NCBI GenBank assembly: GCA_008632985.1 | Contig: QPGO01000096.1 | Coordinates: 1 to 64,000, forward strand | DNA: 64,000 nt | Direction of reading: 5' to 3' | Origin: Psammoneis japonica | Taxonomy: Eukaryota | Shown: positions 1 through 13,000 of the stretch, piece after piece | How positions within the stretch are numbered: the first letter of the stretch is position 1 | How the letters are laid out: each line of letters begins with the position of its first letter | Notes under the pieces: model-generated | What the model was told of the DNA's origin: nothing | Database searches by the model: none | Seen by the model: the letters and a program-made list of their open reading frames with translations, nothing else | Translations under genes and position numbers: made by a program

Positions 1-185
1 ACGGAACGTTTGTCTGAGAATGATGGACATGCAGTCTTTCAAACTCCGTTATCAAGGATCTGCTCGAAGGCGAAGAACACGAGACGTACACTCAAGTGAA
101 TGTAGCTCTTCCACATTTTATATCACATAACTCCTTCGTATGCTTTCTCAACTTTTTATTTGACAACGCCGCCGGAAATAACAAA

Positions 186-1165
186 ATGGGGTTCGGAAGC
201 ATTACAACGAAACGTACCGCTCTGTAAAGAATAATCACCCGGGCTACGTGCGTTGGGCGCTTGAACAGCATAGCCCCAGCGGTCCTTTGGAACAATTTGT
301 AGATTGGATTAAATTCGTTCGAGGCGGATCCAAACCGGAATTACCAAAGACTCTTGTGCCTATTGCAAAGTACTTTCAAGTCGACATTTGTGTTCGATGC
401 GGCGCTCTCGGTGCACAACAGCAAGATGAGCGCGACGAGGACTCAACGCCATCACCATTTGCCACCAAAAAGATTCTCAAGCCTTGTGGACGGACTGGGT
501 GGCCTCGAGTGCCTGTTGTTCCTGATTGGGATACTGTCACAAAGAACTTTATCCCCTTTAGAAGCAAAGGTGCAGCTTGGAGGGCTGCGTGGGAACTAGC
601 TGATCAAGACCGCAAGGAAACTGGCAGAGTTGTTTGTAGTAATGACAACATGTTATGCCTGGACTGCATCAACAAGGAAGGGTGCTCAAGATGCAAATAC
701 TATGACTGTGAAGATTGCAAAAATGATAATGAAACATCAAAGATATTCGAGGAGTGGCATGAGAGTTACCCTGATGCGAGTTATGAAGATGAATATGGTA
801 GGAGAGGGAATCCTCCCTGTCGTGTCATGAATATTTCACGTTGTTTGAAATGCAGCAGCCGAATATGTGTTGCATGTGGATACGAGTGCCAGGAATGCCA
901 CCGAAAAGCATGTGAACGGTGTAAAGAAGATCTGAATACCTGGTGCGAAGGGTGCCGCGGCACCATTGAGAATAACGACGACTTTGACATTGGGCCCATT
1001 GACCGTGATGAGTATGTCTGCCGAGAGTGTTTTTGCAGGCGCCCCCATTTCTGTGGGTGCGGGGAGCCAAGTTGGGATCCAAATGCTTCTGGATTCAACG
1101 ATGATTTTGTGGACTACTACGAAGAAAACTATGAGGAGGATGACATGAGTGATCCGGGATATTAA
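186..1165 (+). CDS. Cysteine-rich protein with N-terminal FGKH-type motif (one apparent 1-bp frameshift near 196)
   Basis: ATG at 186. Restoring one base gives MGFGKHYNETYRSVKNNHPGYVRWALEQ (resembling the small FGK[HY]..Y..W motif family), joined to the 248..1165 ORF with many CxxC pairs and an acidic tail. Confidence 0.6.
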
Positions 1166-1439
1166 CAATCATAAAAACCACGACTCACGCGCACGGAACC
1201 GGGGTTTGGGCTTTGCGCCGAATGCAGTTCCACTGTACCCTTCGAGTCGCGGGAAATGCCTCGATTGTTCAACTGGTCACAAAGTCTATGTCGAATTACA
1301 TTGCGCGTAAAGGGCAGTCTGTGGATGACATTAAATATAACGTGAGAATTTACCTCCTGTTGCTAGACTCCACTGCATAGTCTTGAGTTGCCAGCAATTG
1401 TGAGCCTCTCAGCCAACCTCCAGGCGACCATTATAGTGA

Positions 1440-2200
1440 AGCTCCAAAGGCAAGGGACAACACGCATTGCGGCAGGGCGTGCGGACATTTCAAGGAAGTG
1501 ACCGTTCGGACAGGAGGGAATGCTTCTTGCAGTTGCGAAGTGTTCATGAAGCAAGGATGGTGCCATGATGCCATCATCTTTAACTTGCTGGGGCTTGAGA
1601 TAACACCACCATCTGAGTGCCGAAACTTTGATGGCATTGGTTCTTGGGACAAGATCAAAAATGGATGGACGACAAAGTCAATGAGAGTGTGGCATTTGGT
1701 GCAGATGGTGAAGAGAACAATGCGCAAGCAACATGCACACATTTTGCTTTCCAGCAGTGGACCCAATGTTTGAAAGCCAATCTGTCATTGAAGCCATGCT
1801 GGTGCCATGGGTGCCAGAACTTCACACCGTTGCAGCACCAAAAACATTGCGCCTCATTCTGTTGCCGCCCGTCTGAGACCAACCAAAAATGAAGATTGCA
1901 AAGGTTGGGCAAACCTTGAGAGGAAAGGTCCTTCCCGGGGACATTGTCACAAAGGTGGGCAATGTTAAAATGTCATCAAGAAGCAGAGATGGAGCCCTCA
2001 TCCCTGGATGCCGGGGCTCAGGACATGCTTGAGATGCTTGAATGCTTCAAGAGAGAGCAAAAGATTGTGACATTTTTTGATGTGCTCAGTCAGCACAGAT
2101 GGAAAATGCTGCCACCCAATCGTTTGTTGTTTCGAACTGAACAAGAAACCAAAATGTGCGCCCATTTGCCGCAGCGAAACAAGGGCTGTCCAAAATTTTC
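1440..2200. mobile_element. TpA-depleted island A: degenerate transposon-like relic with SWIM-like zinc-finger remnant
   Basis: By eye, TA occurs only at about 1581, 1601 and 1966 in 760 bp. The + strand ORF 1498..1773 contains CSCEVFMKQGWCHD, spaced like a SWIM CxC...CxH finger of Mutator-like elements. Confidence 0.5.
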
Positions 2201-2546
2201 GACTTAACATCTCTGCTGGCAAAAGTTTCGAGTTACATAACCTTTGCATGTGTCAAGCAACAGTTGTGTAATGTTAAACCGCTTGCATTGCTCATGTGGA
2301 CGTTGTCCACCCCTCAAACTTTTCACCGTGCTTTCACCACGTGGTTTTGATTTACAACACGGTAAAGTGTTGACGTAGAATTCTACGTATTTTATGTACG
2401 GCATGCTGTGGTTTGAGAGTGCCTTTTCTCGCATCGGCGGCTGCCCTCGTGCTCATGCCGCACTCACAACACCGCATTGCGATAGGGTTCGAACAACAAT
2501 CATCACTCGTTCCCAACCCTTTCAACAAGCTCTAGAGTAGAGGCCC

Positions 2547-3971
2547 ATGTATTCTCGTTTGATACTTCGTCAAACTGTGGTCCAGAGGAGTAACAGAACT
2601 TGGCGCCGAAAAAACGTGTCGCTCATCAGCAGAACACGTCACGGCGGAAAGAATCGGGGGTATGATTCATCTATCCGAGCATCATGGATTGTTGCCGCTG
2701 GCGGTAGTTTGGGTGCAATCTTAGTTGGCCGAGAAATTGAACAAAATTGTCTTCAGTATACTCGGTGCGAAGCGCCTTCCCAGGAAACAAAGATAAAGAA
2801 AATCGTTCCAATAGAAAAAGAGAAGAAGCCCGGTGATTCCAAGATGGGCGTTGAGTTTCGAGAAACACCACATCACATTAAAGCGATAAGTCCTCCTCTT
2901 CATGACTTTTTCAGTAAGCAGATTCTTCTTCGAGGCGGTCTACCGGTGAGATGTCATGAATGTGTATCGGACGCTGCACTGTGGATCGCAGCAGACCGAC
3001 TGTCGTTTATGTTGAGGTACATGCCGGAGAGCGTGATTGAGAGATTGATTCGACGAGAGGCTAGTTTTCATATCATTGGAATTGGGCAAAACACAAGTTG
3101 TTTGCCAGAGCACGCGCACATGAAAGATGTACCAGGTGGATACACCGGTGAAGACTATACGCTTGACGAACGAACTCGAGGCGTGGGCGGCGTCAACTCT
3201 TCTTGCGGCGAAGAGAACCTCATTGACCTTGACGCCGACCCGAGATACTCTGGCAAGGATATTCTTGTCCATGAATTCGCGCATTGCATCATGGATGTCG
3301 GATTACCCATGTCCGTCAGAGATGAAATCAAAGCGACGTGGAAGCAGGCTGTCGCGCAAGGGCTTTGGGAACGGGAGGATGGGACGACAGCATATGCCGG
3401 GACAAATGAGCAAGAGTATTTCGCTGAGCTGAGCATGTGGTACTTTGGCACTCGAGGAGAATACGTCGACGAAAAGAGACAGATACCTCAACCAGGTCCT
3501 GGTGGTCTGAGGGAATACGATAAGGATGGATTTGACTTGGTCGCCAGCATCTATAGTGGGAGTCATCCCGAGTTGAAACAAGAAGAAAGCAGCCATGCGG
3601 TCGCACCGCAGCGTTTACAGCCACTCGACAGAAAGTCAAACACAAAAGACATCACCAAGACACATGTCTCACTGGAATTTGATAATCGAGGCTGTGACTG
3701 TGCTTGGAGGCTCTACTGGATTCCTAAAGATGGAGAGAGACGACCATACGGCACAATACTAAAGAGCTCCATGAAGGTGCAGTTCACGTACCCGGGGCAA
3801 GTCTGGGAACTTGAACGAGATGAAGCTACAACAGCTGCAGACAAGGAAAACAGTGAAACAAGTCCAATCAAGGATGTGTTGCAATACGTGGCAAGCCACA
3901 ATTCTGAATGTGTCGCACCGGTGGCGGAAGATTCCAACTGCAAGTACCCGCGTGTCAGAACGACAAGGTAG
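2547..3971 (+). CDS. Zinc metallopeptidase-like protein (HEXXH) with C-terminal VHL beta-domain
   Basis: 474-aa ORF. ILVHEFAH plus downstream EYFAE (third-ligand motif of lethal-factor-like gluzincins). The C-terminal LEFDNRG...LYWIPKDGERRPYGTI...FTYPGQVW resembles a VHL beta-domain. The N-terminus is Arg-rich and followed by a hydrophobic segment. Confidence 0.7.
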   Translation: MYSRLILRQTVVQRSNRTWRRKNVSLISRTRHGGKNRGYDSSIRASWIVAAGGSLGAILVGREIEQNCLQYTRCEAPSQETKIKKIVPIEKEKKPGDSKMGVEFRETPHHIKAISPPLHDFFSKQILLRGGLPVRCHECVSDAALWIAADRLSFMLRYMPESVIERLIRREASFHIIGIGQNTSCLPEHAHMKDVPGGYTGEDYTLDERTRGVGGVNSSCGEENLIDLDADPRYSGKDILVHEFAHCIMDVGLPMSVRDEIKATWKQAVAQGLWEREDGTTAYAGTNEQEYFAELSMWYFGTRGEYVDEKRQIPQPGPGGLREYDKDGFDLVASIYSGSHPELKQEESSHAVAPQRLQPLDRKSNTKDITKTHVSLEFDNRGCDCAWRLYWIPKDGERRPYGTILKSSMKVQFTYPGQVWELERDEATTAADKENSETSPIKDVLQYVASHNSECVAPVAEDSNCKYPRVRTTR

Positions 3972-4035
3972 TCCCAAAAGTAAACGGTTTACTTTAGAGC
4001 ACTGCGTTTCGCTGTCCTAATTAATCCTGCAGATC

Positions 4036-7000
4036 CTATTTGTCGTTTCTCAACTGTCGCAGCTCATCCTGAAGAGAGGCATTTACCAGCTTCATGGTTT
4101 CCATTTGCATTTCCTTGGCATTGACATATTCAGTTAGATCGGCAACGACACGCTCCAGCTCCGCTTTTTGTTCTAAGGCACGAACAGCTTCACCATCAAC
4201 ATTCGCTCGACTTTGTGCTGCAACGGATTGATCGAATGCCGTTCGATACAGCTCGACTTCTTCCATGGCCTTGCGCTTTTGAGCCCGAAGCAACGCTACC
4301 TCCGTTCGACGAGACTCTTCGTCCTGCACGATTCGTTCCACATCGCTTATCTGGAGTCCATTGCGGCATATCCGTGAAATCTCTTTACCTAAACTATCTG
4401 CTTTTTGTTTAAAGCTGTTGCGCTCTGCCTTTAACCTTTGATTCTCTGTACCAAGACTCGCCAAGCGTCCCTGGCAAGCCGCGTATTTCTTCTCCTCCTT
4501 GGTTATGAGAGCATTCAGTTGATCCACGGTTTCAATCGATTTGCGCAGTTCCTCTTTGGATTCCTTTTCCGACTTGCGAGTTCTTTCTAACTCTTCAGAC
4601 AAGTCTCCGCATTTTTCATACAAACCATTCTGGAGAAAACGAGCGAGAGAAAGCGCGATGTGAGCTTTTCGTGAGGAACCATGCCTGCAAGCGAAGAAGG
4701 GCTGCGCATAGCCACTTACAAATTCAGTCCGGAGAGCCTCGCCCTTTTGCACTTCGGTATTCAATGAATGAACCGATGACTGAAGATCCTCCATCTTCGT
4801 CAGCTTACTATCGCGGGCGTCCACAGCCGCAGATAGCACCGCTTTCTCGTTCTGGAGGGAACGAATCATCTTTTCCATTTCCGCCATCTTTTCGGCCTGT
4901 GATTCTAGCTGGGCCTCCATTGACGAGATGTGTCTTACATGATCGCCTCTTACTCGTTTCAAGTCAGATTCGTGTGTTCTAGTCGAAGACAAAGAAGAAA
5001 GACAAAGTCAATCAAACGAGTTCAGAGCAAGCGCCGGTCATTGATGCTACACCTTGGACAAAACTTACTCTATCCTGCGCTCCGCCAACTTTAGGCATTT
5101 GACAGTACGCTCGTTCTCCTTCTTGCACGACGACAGACTATTCTTGGTTTGCTGCAATTGCGAGTCTGATGAAGCCAGTTGGCGTTGCAAGTCAGACACA
5201 ACCTTGTCCTTTTTTGCCAGTTTGTTTCGCATGCTTTTTAAATCACGTTGCAGCTCCTTCTCCAGTTCTTGCATCCGACCGTTGCAATCAAGACTTCCCG
5301 ACTGCGATAGCGGACTACCGATAGACGCATCCGGCGTGCAATAAATTGATTCGTCCTTGGTTATGGCAGAAACAGTGGAGATTCCAACCGACATGTTCGC
5401 CAGGGCACTATCCGGAGTGTCAGCAGGAGATTCCGGCGGATTTCCCGGATACAGAACAGTAGTGACATTCAAGCGTGCAGGCTTTCCCTTGAAATTAGCA
5501 ATTCCAAGCGCCATTAACAAAGATTCTCGTGTGATGCGATTCGGTGCTTCCAATTGAAACTTCCCGTCCGTGCAGAGAGCCGTTACCATGGACGACGAAT
5601 CGGGCACGCCGGAAGGAAAGACCAACTCAAAGCACTTGGCCTGTGATGGATCCGATTCTGCAGAAACATTCAAAATAGCCTCACCGTCTTCATCGAGAGG
5701 CTGTGACGTATTGCCAGATACTTGGTAGATGGATACTGCATTCGAAATCTCAGCCTTTCGGTTATTGCTGGATCGAGATATTTCCACGCACACGAGAAAG
5801 GTTCTACCCTCCGCGTTACCACGACCCTTCAAATTACCAAACTTGGCTCCTCTCAACAATGCCTGTCTTGCGGCATTGAAAAGCGTCAAGTCTGCCGCGA
5901 TACGCTCTGGAGTATCAAATGTTTCACTGCGGTCCTGGATGCTATCCTCGTCGCTATCCGAGTCTTCATCTTCTTCGTCGGCCAAGGTGACGACGCAACG
6001 AAGACGGTGTCCTACATCGGTTGCACTTGGCTGGTAAACGGCAAACGTCGCATTCGGAAGCATTGTCCATTGAATCTCTGAATCTGAAACGATAGAGCCA
6101 TTCAAGCTCCGTTCACTGCTTGCTTTGCTTCGCTCATCACCACTCGTCCTGCTTCTCGCGTCGCTGCCATTACTTGATCTACTCCGGTCATCCGCAGCGG
6201 GTGCCAAGTCACACGATCGATACCACTGAAAACGATAACGATTCGCAGGACAAGCTTCTGTCTCTGACTCTCGCATCAACAAAACCGACGCCGTCGACAC
6301 CTTTGCGCCACCAACTGCTCGTGTTGCAGGAACGCACGCAAACTGTCCCGACGGCAACTGCAAAAACATGCGACACGATGGTCGGCCAAGTCGCGGTTGT
6401 GGTGGCAAGTGGGCATTTGCCTTGGCCCGTTCCGATGCCTCGTTTGCGGCTGTCTTTACCTTTTCAGAAAGAGTCGCAGCACCAGAAGCAGCTTCGGCAG
6501 CTAGATGGGCCGAGGTGGCTCGTATTTGTGAGGACCACGTTGAAAAGCGATCACCAAACAAATTTCTTGGATCCACCTTGGCTGGATTATAATCTTCCTC
6601 GCAATCACTCAGGCTACTCTCGGTACTCGTGTCGTCGTCGACATTGTCTTTGGTGGTCTTTTTCACCAAATCCTTCTTTGCGGCTGGTATTTCTTCATGC
6701 GGGAGGCTCTGGAACAGCAAAACAATAGGAGTCGGAGCGTCCCGAATCGACGCCAAAATCTCTGTAAAGTCCCTCTCCTTCCACTCCTCTTTGTTTTCGT
6801 CTTTGCAGTCAATCCCCACGAGCACGCTGCCGACGAGGTCTAGTTCTGTAGCAGAGTCTTCCGAGGCGACTCGAGACACGTCCTGTGGATTTGAACCGTG
6901 ATGAGATTCTTTGCTCTCTTCACTTGTACTGCTGGCGACCTCAAGAGACTCGATTTCTTTCTCATCAATGCTATTGACTTTTCCCTCATCCTTTTGTGTC

Positions 7001-7239
7001 TCCAAGTCAATATCTTGGAGAGCACCATCCTTGATCGATGATAATTCTTCTGCAGAAACATTTTCGTCTGCAACTTTCTTGTTGAAATCATTTTGATTCT
7101 CCTTTCCGAGCGGTGGAGTATACGATGCAACTACGGCTCCCAAACCCTCCTCCTCGACACGGGGAAGAAGAACGACACGTGTCTGAACGTCGACAAAGTC
7201 TTGAAAAATCACTCGAACCGGAGCCGAAGCAGGCATCAT
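4036..7239 (-). CDS. Protein with AIR9/SCAB-type Ig-like domain, PH-like region and long C-terminal coiled coil; 3 exons
   Basis: ORFs 5065..7239 and 4036..4992 are joined by GT-AG introns at 4979..5068 and 4630..4719. Motif YRFQWYRS...ATFAVYQPSATDVGHRLRCVV; heptad-rich E/K/L C-terminus. Confidence 0.7.
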
Positions 7240-7701
7240 GGCGAAAAAAGAAAGTTCTGGGTCTGAAACGACACTTCCTTCAAGAATCGGGTGCTATTCT
7301 CACACACTAACGACGACTCCCACTTTTCAACAAGGTCAACACCAAAGTCCCTTTGCTTATATGTTGAATGCGACTGGGAAAAGAGAGCATAAACTGTTCG
7401 TGTTGTTGCTGATAACAGTGTGACGAGTTTTGACCACTCGCTCACTTTTTTCGCACTCCTGGTACTCAATCTCGTAGATTCCTACGTACGTGGCGATTTT
7501 GAATCTTGTCTTTGTGTCCTTGGCGAAATCATTTAGTATCCAGACTTGAAGATTATGGATTACACGTTGGGTGCCTTTTCTGATAGCTGGCAAGACTAAA
7601 TATATATGCATGTATACATTTTACTTACAATTTTTAGACTGCGCGCGATTTTCGCGCAAAAGAAAACTGGCCGAGCTCCGAGCTCACAAAAAAGATGAAC
7701 C

Positions 7702-9000
7702 ATGGCGTTACATCGCGAGATGCGAGATCTGAAACTGATTGGAGATGCAACCATGGCGAGTATAAGAATGCCAGCAGAGTGGGAGCCTCATCAGGCATGT
7801 CTCATATTGTATCCGCACAATCCATATGTGTTTCGATCCGACTGTGTACCAGCGAAAAATCAAGTCAAACGTATGATCCAGGCGATTGCTCATGACGGTC
7901 GAGAAGATGTATTGGTATTTTGCAAAGACAAGCAACAAGCTGAAGCATTAACAAGAGAATTAAGGGATGTACCGATTGGAAAGAACAGCAAGATTCGAGT
8001 TTTGGTTTGTCCCAGTGATGATACTTGGGCACGTGACACGGGTCCGACGTTTTGCATCAACAAACAACAAGACGAGTTGGTTGGATTGGACTGGGAGTTC
8101 AATGCCTATGGCGGACCAGACGATGGATGTTACTGGCCGTGTCACTTGGATCGATTGATTGCTTCGAAAATGTGTCAAGCTCTTGCATTGGAATATCCGT
8201 CTGTCTCTGTTTCTGTTTCAAAGGTAAAACTAGTTCTGGAGGGCGGATCGATTCATACCGATGGAGAGGGAACGCTCTTGACGACCGAGGAATGTTTGCT
8301 TCATCCCAATCGGAATCCAAAATTGTCCAAGGATCAAATAGAACGCACAGTGTTGCAGTCCTTGGGATGTACAAAGGCTATTTGGCTACCGTTTGGTTTG
8401 GCGGCAGACGAAGATACCAATGGGCATGTCGACAACATGGCCTGTTTTGCTAGACCCGGACATGTCGTTTTGAGTTGGTGTGATGACGAAAACGACAAGG
8501 ACAATTTCAGTCGATGTCGACAAGCATTACACGTACTGGAACAAGCAAGAGATGCCAAGGGAAGATCACTGGTGATTCACAATTACATCTGCCGCCGCCA
8601 ATGGTACGTTTGTTTTGATCATCTTTTTCACGGTGTATTTATTCACGACCTCCAATGACTTAATCCAAATACCTGTTTCCCATACCTACAGTACTATACT
8701 AAAGAGCAAGTCGAGACTTTGGCAGTCGACAAGGGTGGAGTTGCAGAGCGTCGAGCGGGCGAAAGATTAGCAGCTTCGTATGTCAACTTTTACATTGCGA
8801 ACTGTGCAATCATTTGTCCTCAATTTGGACACGCTAAAAGTGATACTCGAGCAGTAGAGACACTCGCAGGCCTTTTTCCTGAACGCAAAGTAGTGCCAAT
8901 ACCGTCCCTGGAAATACTTCTGGGAGGAGGCAACATTCACTGTTTCACGCAGCAAGTGCCCTTGCTTCGACGAGCAATCTCACAGTCTAGCGAAAAATAG
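7702..9000 (+). CDS. aguA: Agmatine deiminase (agmatine iminohydrolase)
   Basis: Family motifs MPAEWEPH, DDTWARDTGP, LEGGSIHTDGEGT, DTNGHVDN, ASYVNFYIAN and GGGNIHCFTQQVP. Intron 8604..8691; 1-bp frameshift near 8581. Confidence 0.93.
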
Positions 9001-10019
9001 GGCCTTTCTCACTTTGTATCCAAATGTACTTCTCAGCTCAAGCTACCAACTTTGGATGCACTAGCTACTTCAAGAAAGATTGCAATTTTACCTCGCGTAA
9101 CGTTGTCGTCTACAGTCCGTGGTGGAGGGGGGAATCAGTACGTACTGTAGTTCACATGTATGTATCTGTTTTGATCGATCGGCGGTGAAACGCATTGGAG
9201 GACAATGATGTGAAGCTTCTCTCAACGTCGCGACGCCCAAGTTTGCGGTATCTGCAAATGACATTAACTTGACTCTCTAGCTTGTCATTCCGTAGCCGAG
9301 CACATGCCGACAGCACGGGAGGCCTTGAGCCATGGCAACGTACGCATTCTAAACTAGAGAAGGCGTCGAGCCGTGCAACAGTTGAGAAGCAAAGCTCTCT
9401 GACATGTTTTCGAGAAAGCAGCACATACCTAAGGCAGTTTCGTGGGTGACACTGCTTCCTCAACTAGGCAAGGATGATGATGAGACAATCGCGCTCAATA
9501 GTACATCGGTCGCACATTCGCGATGATAAGCGATTAAGCAGGATCGCACTTGAAATACAAAAACAGAAACGAATCAAAGCGAAGAGCGCAATGGATAGTT
9601 GCATTATGGTGACTCTTGGTGGACACAATGATGACGAGGGGTCTTCTAGCAGTAGTGGCACTAGCAACGGGAAGAGTGATTCATTACCCCGCGGTGACGA
9701 GGATACTCGCGGCAGCGCAAATGTAAAGGCTCAAGAAGACATGGCCCTGACAATGATTCGGAAAGGCTTGTAGCTACCGTGTTGTATGAGAACATGGGAG
9801 AACGTTAGATTCCTCTCGTGTGTCCCTGTGCTAGCAGAATGCGCTCTAGTGGTGGCTGAATCTTCATCCCAATAGATGTTAGACTCTTGTGGTTGACTAG
9901 ATTAGAAACACTTCGCACGCAAAAGCTCTACACCATGTCTGGCGATGCAAGATGAGACCAACTGATTTGAATGAAACACACCGATACACAGTGAAACCCA
10001 GGTCCTGCCAACATGTTGC

Positions 10020-13000
10020 TAGATGCCACGGAGGAACCGCCATCCTTTGACGTCTGATTCCGCTTTGTCACTCACTGCGCTGCACATTCTCATTTCTCCA
10101 CGTTCATCCACAAAGTCACAGGGGGGTGGTCCATTGACCTCCACGGGTCTTGAGTAGATGCAAACAGAGTCTTCGTGTTGTTGAAATCTCAACCATGCCT
10201 GGCACACTTTTTGTTCCAAAGAACACAAGTCGCGGGGTGGCACCCACTGTCACTTGAACCTTGGCATTTCAACAAAGACTGTGACTGTCGCATCATTTCA
10301 AGTCAGGCTGTCAAACCGGTTGAAGGGTGTGTTCCCATGGTGAAATGTTGATTGAGAGCAATGTCAGTGCACAAACCCCAATTGAAAACAAACAGATGCA
10401 TGAAACAGACTTACGTTGGGGGCACACTCAACAGTTGTGTCTCAAAAGGAGCGTGCCCCATGGTTCATTGAATTGCACGGCAAACTTGTGCAATGTTGCC
10501 CAGTCTTTGATGTGCACAAAAGCTTTGTTGTGTCATAAAATGGAGTCAGGTGATGCCATGCACACTTAATTTCCAATGACACAAAACAAGCAATCCATGA
10601 GCCTGGCGGCAACTCATGATCCTGTGGATCCATGTGTGACACGCCCGGTGTGTTGGAGAAAAGCAAGATGCTGCCTGTTGCTCTGCTGAGCCTGTGCAAG
10701 CTTCTCAAACAAGGGATTGGTTGCACCTTTCTCCTTGACAATGGCAGGAATGACTTCCTCCATGGCTGCAGTGTTGTCATTGCCAGCAATGCAGGATTGC
10801 CAACAGCTTCCCAATGAGTGTGTTCACCAGAACAGCTTCTCTGCAGCATCAGGATTGTTGCCAACCATCACAGGAGGATCAACAACTGGTTCTTCCATGA
10901 TGCACCATGTCAACAACCATTGCAGGATCAGTGGCAGCAGATCCATCATCAGCAGCAACACCAGCAGGATTGCCAGTGGCTTCCCCAATGGACAAATCCA
11001 CTGGAGCAGCTTCCACTGCTGCAGCGCGCTGCTGTCACCATCAACATCCACAAGAAGATCAGCATCTGGCTCCTTTCAACAAATTCATTCTCATCAACAG
11101 CCATTGCAGGAGCAGCTGTTGGTTCTCAACAAATGCACCCCCGGAATGGCTTCATCCACAGCAACAGAACCAATGCTTTCCAGCTCCAGGTGGGACCTGC
11201 TGAGCTGTGACATCCACAGTTTTTTGGATCACACCGCGTGTCACACACGCACATTTCCTGCATGACTTGTGTTGAATTTTTGTCATTTTGTGTTGTGCAC
11301 TTGTTGAGCTGCCCATCCATTCAAGGGCAGGAGCATTTTTGGCAAAAACATCAAGTGGCAAGAGGCACAGCAGTTGCATCACAAACTTGGTTTTTTGTTT
11401 GATGTTCAAGACAAACATGTCCATCCATCAAATTCTCACACCATCATGGGTCCAATGTCACATGGAGTCCCACCCAGAGCTGGAGCACATCAACCATCAC
11501 CCAACAGCCACAGTGCAATCAGCAATGGGCTCCTCAACCACTTGGCTGCTGGGGTCTGCACCCATCCTCAACAGTGATCATGTCTCAGGTGAGTTTGACA
11601 TTCATGAACAAACAGGTTTTATTTCCATTCAAACTCAAGCAGTGTCACGGCCAATTGCTGGTTGGCTCACTCAGGTCAAAGAATGAGTTTGGCAGTCATC
11701 TCACCAGTGTTTGGACTGCAGGAAGGTTGCCAACAAAGATTTTCTCCAGCAATTCTTTGCCCAGCAGCCACTCTAAATGGTGCTGACAATGCTGCTGAGC
11801 AAGCTTGTCTTGCCTCTCATTGACTCATCTCAATGCAAAGTCCAGCCTCTGATCTGAGAAGCGCAGGAATCTCAGTCATGTGCTTTGGATCTCAAAGAAC
11901 TTTGAAAGCAACCACAACAGTTGGGATGGCATGACAGTGGACTGCCGCGCAGGTTCTGCAGTCTGGCGGGTCTCCAGCCATCTGACACACTCCCATGACA
12001 TAAAAGCATTTGCATTTAAAGAACAGCAGCCAAGGGACAACAAGCCAAAAAGCAACACAGGTCATGCAGAAGAGCCACACAACCATGCAAGCCACAAGTG
12101 TGGCCACAATGGCATTGCAGGCTTGATCGCACAGAAGTGTGGCAAAGTCATCAATTTCCACAATTCGGCAGTCCAAGAAATGGACATTTGCACCAATCAG
12201 CTTCAGCAAGGAGCACACGAACACCACAGCAAATGCAGTGAGGAGAGCTGGGCTGCAGACCACAAGGACAAAGAATGCCACAATTGTTTGATCATGTGGA
12301 GAATCTCATTCACAGAAACACACAAGAAAAGCTGCAAGTTCCAAAAGAAACCACCAACGATTCAGCTGTGGTTCTGCTTGCCATGAAATGTGCACAGCAT
12401 GAGATTGAAGAAGAGAATCCGCAGTGCAATGCATGCAATCACAATGGGGGTGATGGTGTGACGTCAACAAAGATGGATTGGCAAGAGTGTGCTTCAATGC
12501 AAGCAAAACTTGAAACCAATTGTGTGGTGAGCATGCAAGATGCGGTCACTCGCCAGTTGCTGAGGCCAGCCCAATCGTGAATTTGCAGAACATGCACTTG
12601 GAAAAGCCCTGGAAAATCCAACCGAGTCCTGCTCATGATTTTTGATTTCATGGGATGTTGGCAATTTGCACTTGGTTGCTCGCTCTCTCTGCTCTGGAGG
12701 TGGAATCAATCAGAGGCCAAGACTGGCGTTGGATGCATTCACAATGAACACGATCCATTTTGGAGCTGTTCTCTGCAATCACATTCTGACAGAGCCCATT
12801 GCAAATGCACTTCAAACATGTGAACAACGCACTTTGCCATGGTCGCCAGTCAATGACCAGCCTGCAGATTGTCGTGGCTTGTTCTTCTGCAGCACATCAG
12901 GCCTCAAATTTGTTGAATGAGCCTCCTGAAGAGGGATGGTGAGCTTGACAAGACTGTCTTTCTCTGTCTCAATCATTGAGGAATGGCCTTGATCTGTCCC

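Noticed and set aside
9152..9773. Short ORFs between aguA and island B
   Set aside because: No recognisable motifs or consistent gene structure; possibly a relic, but unsupported.
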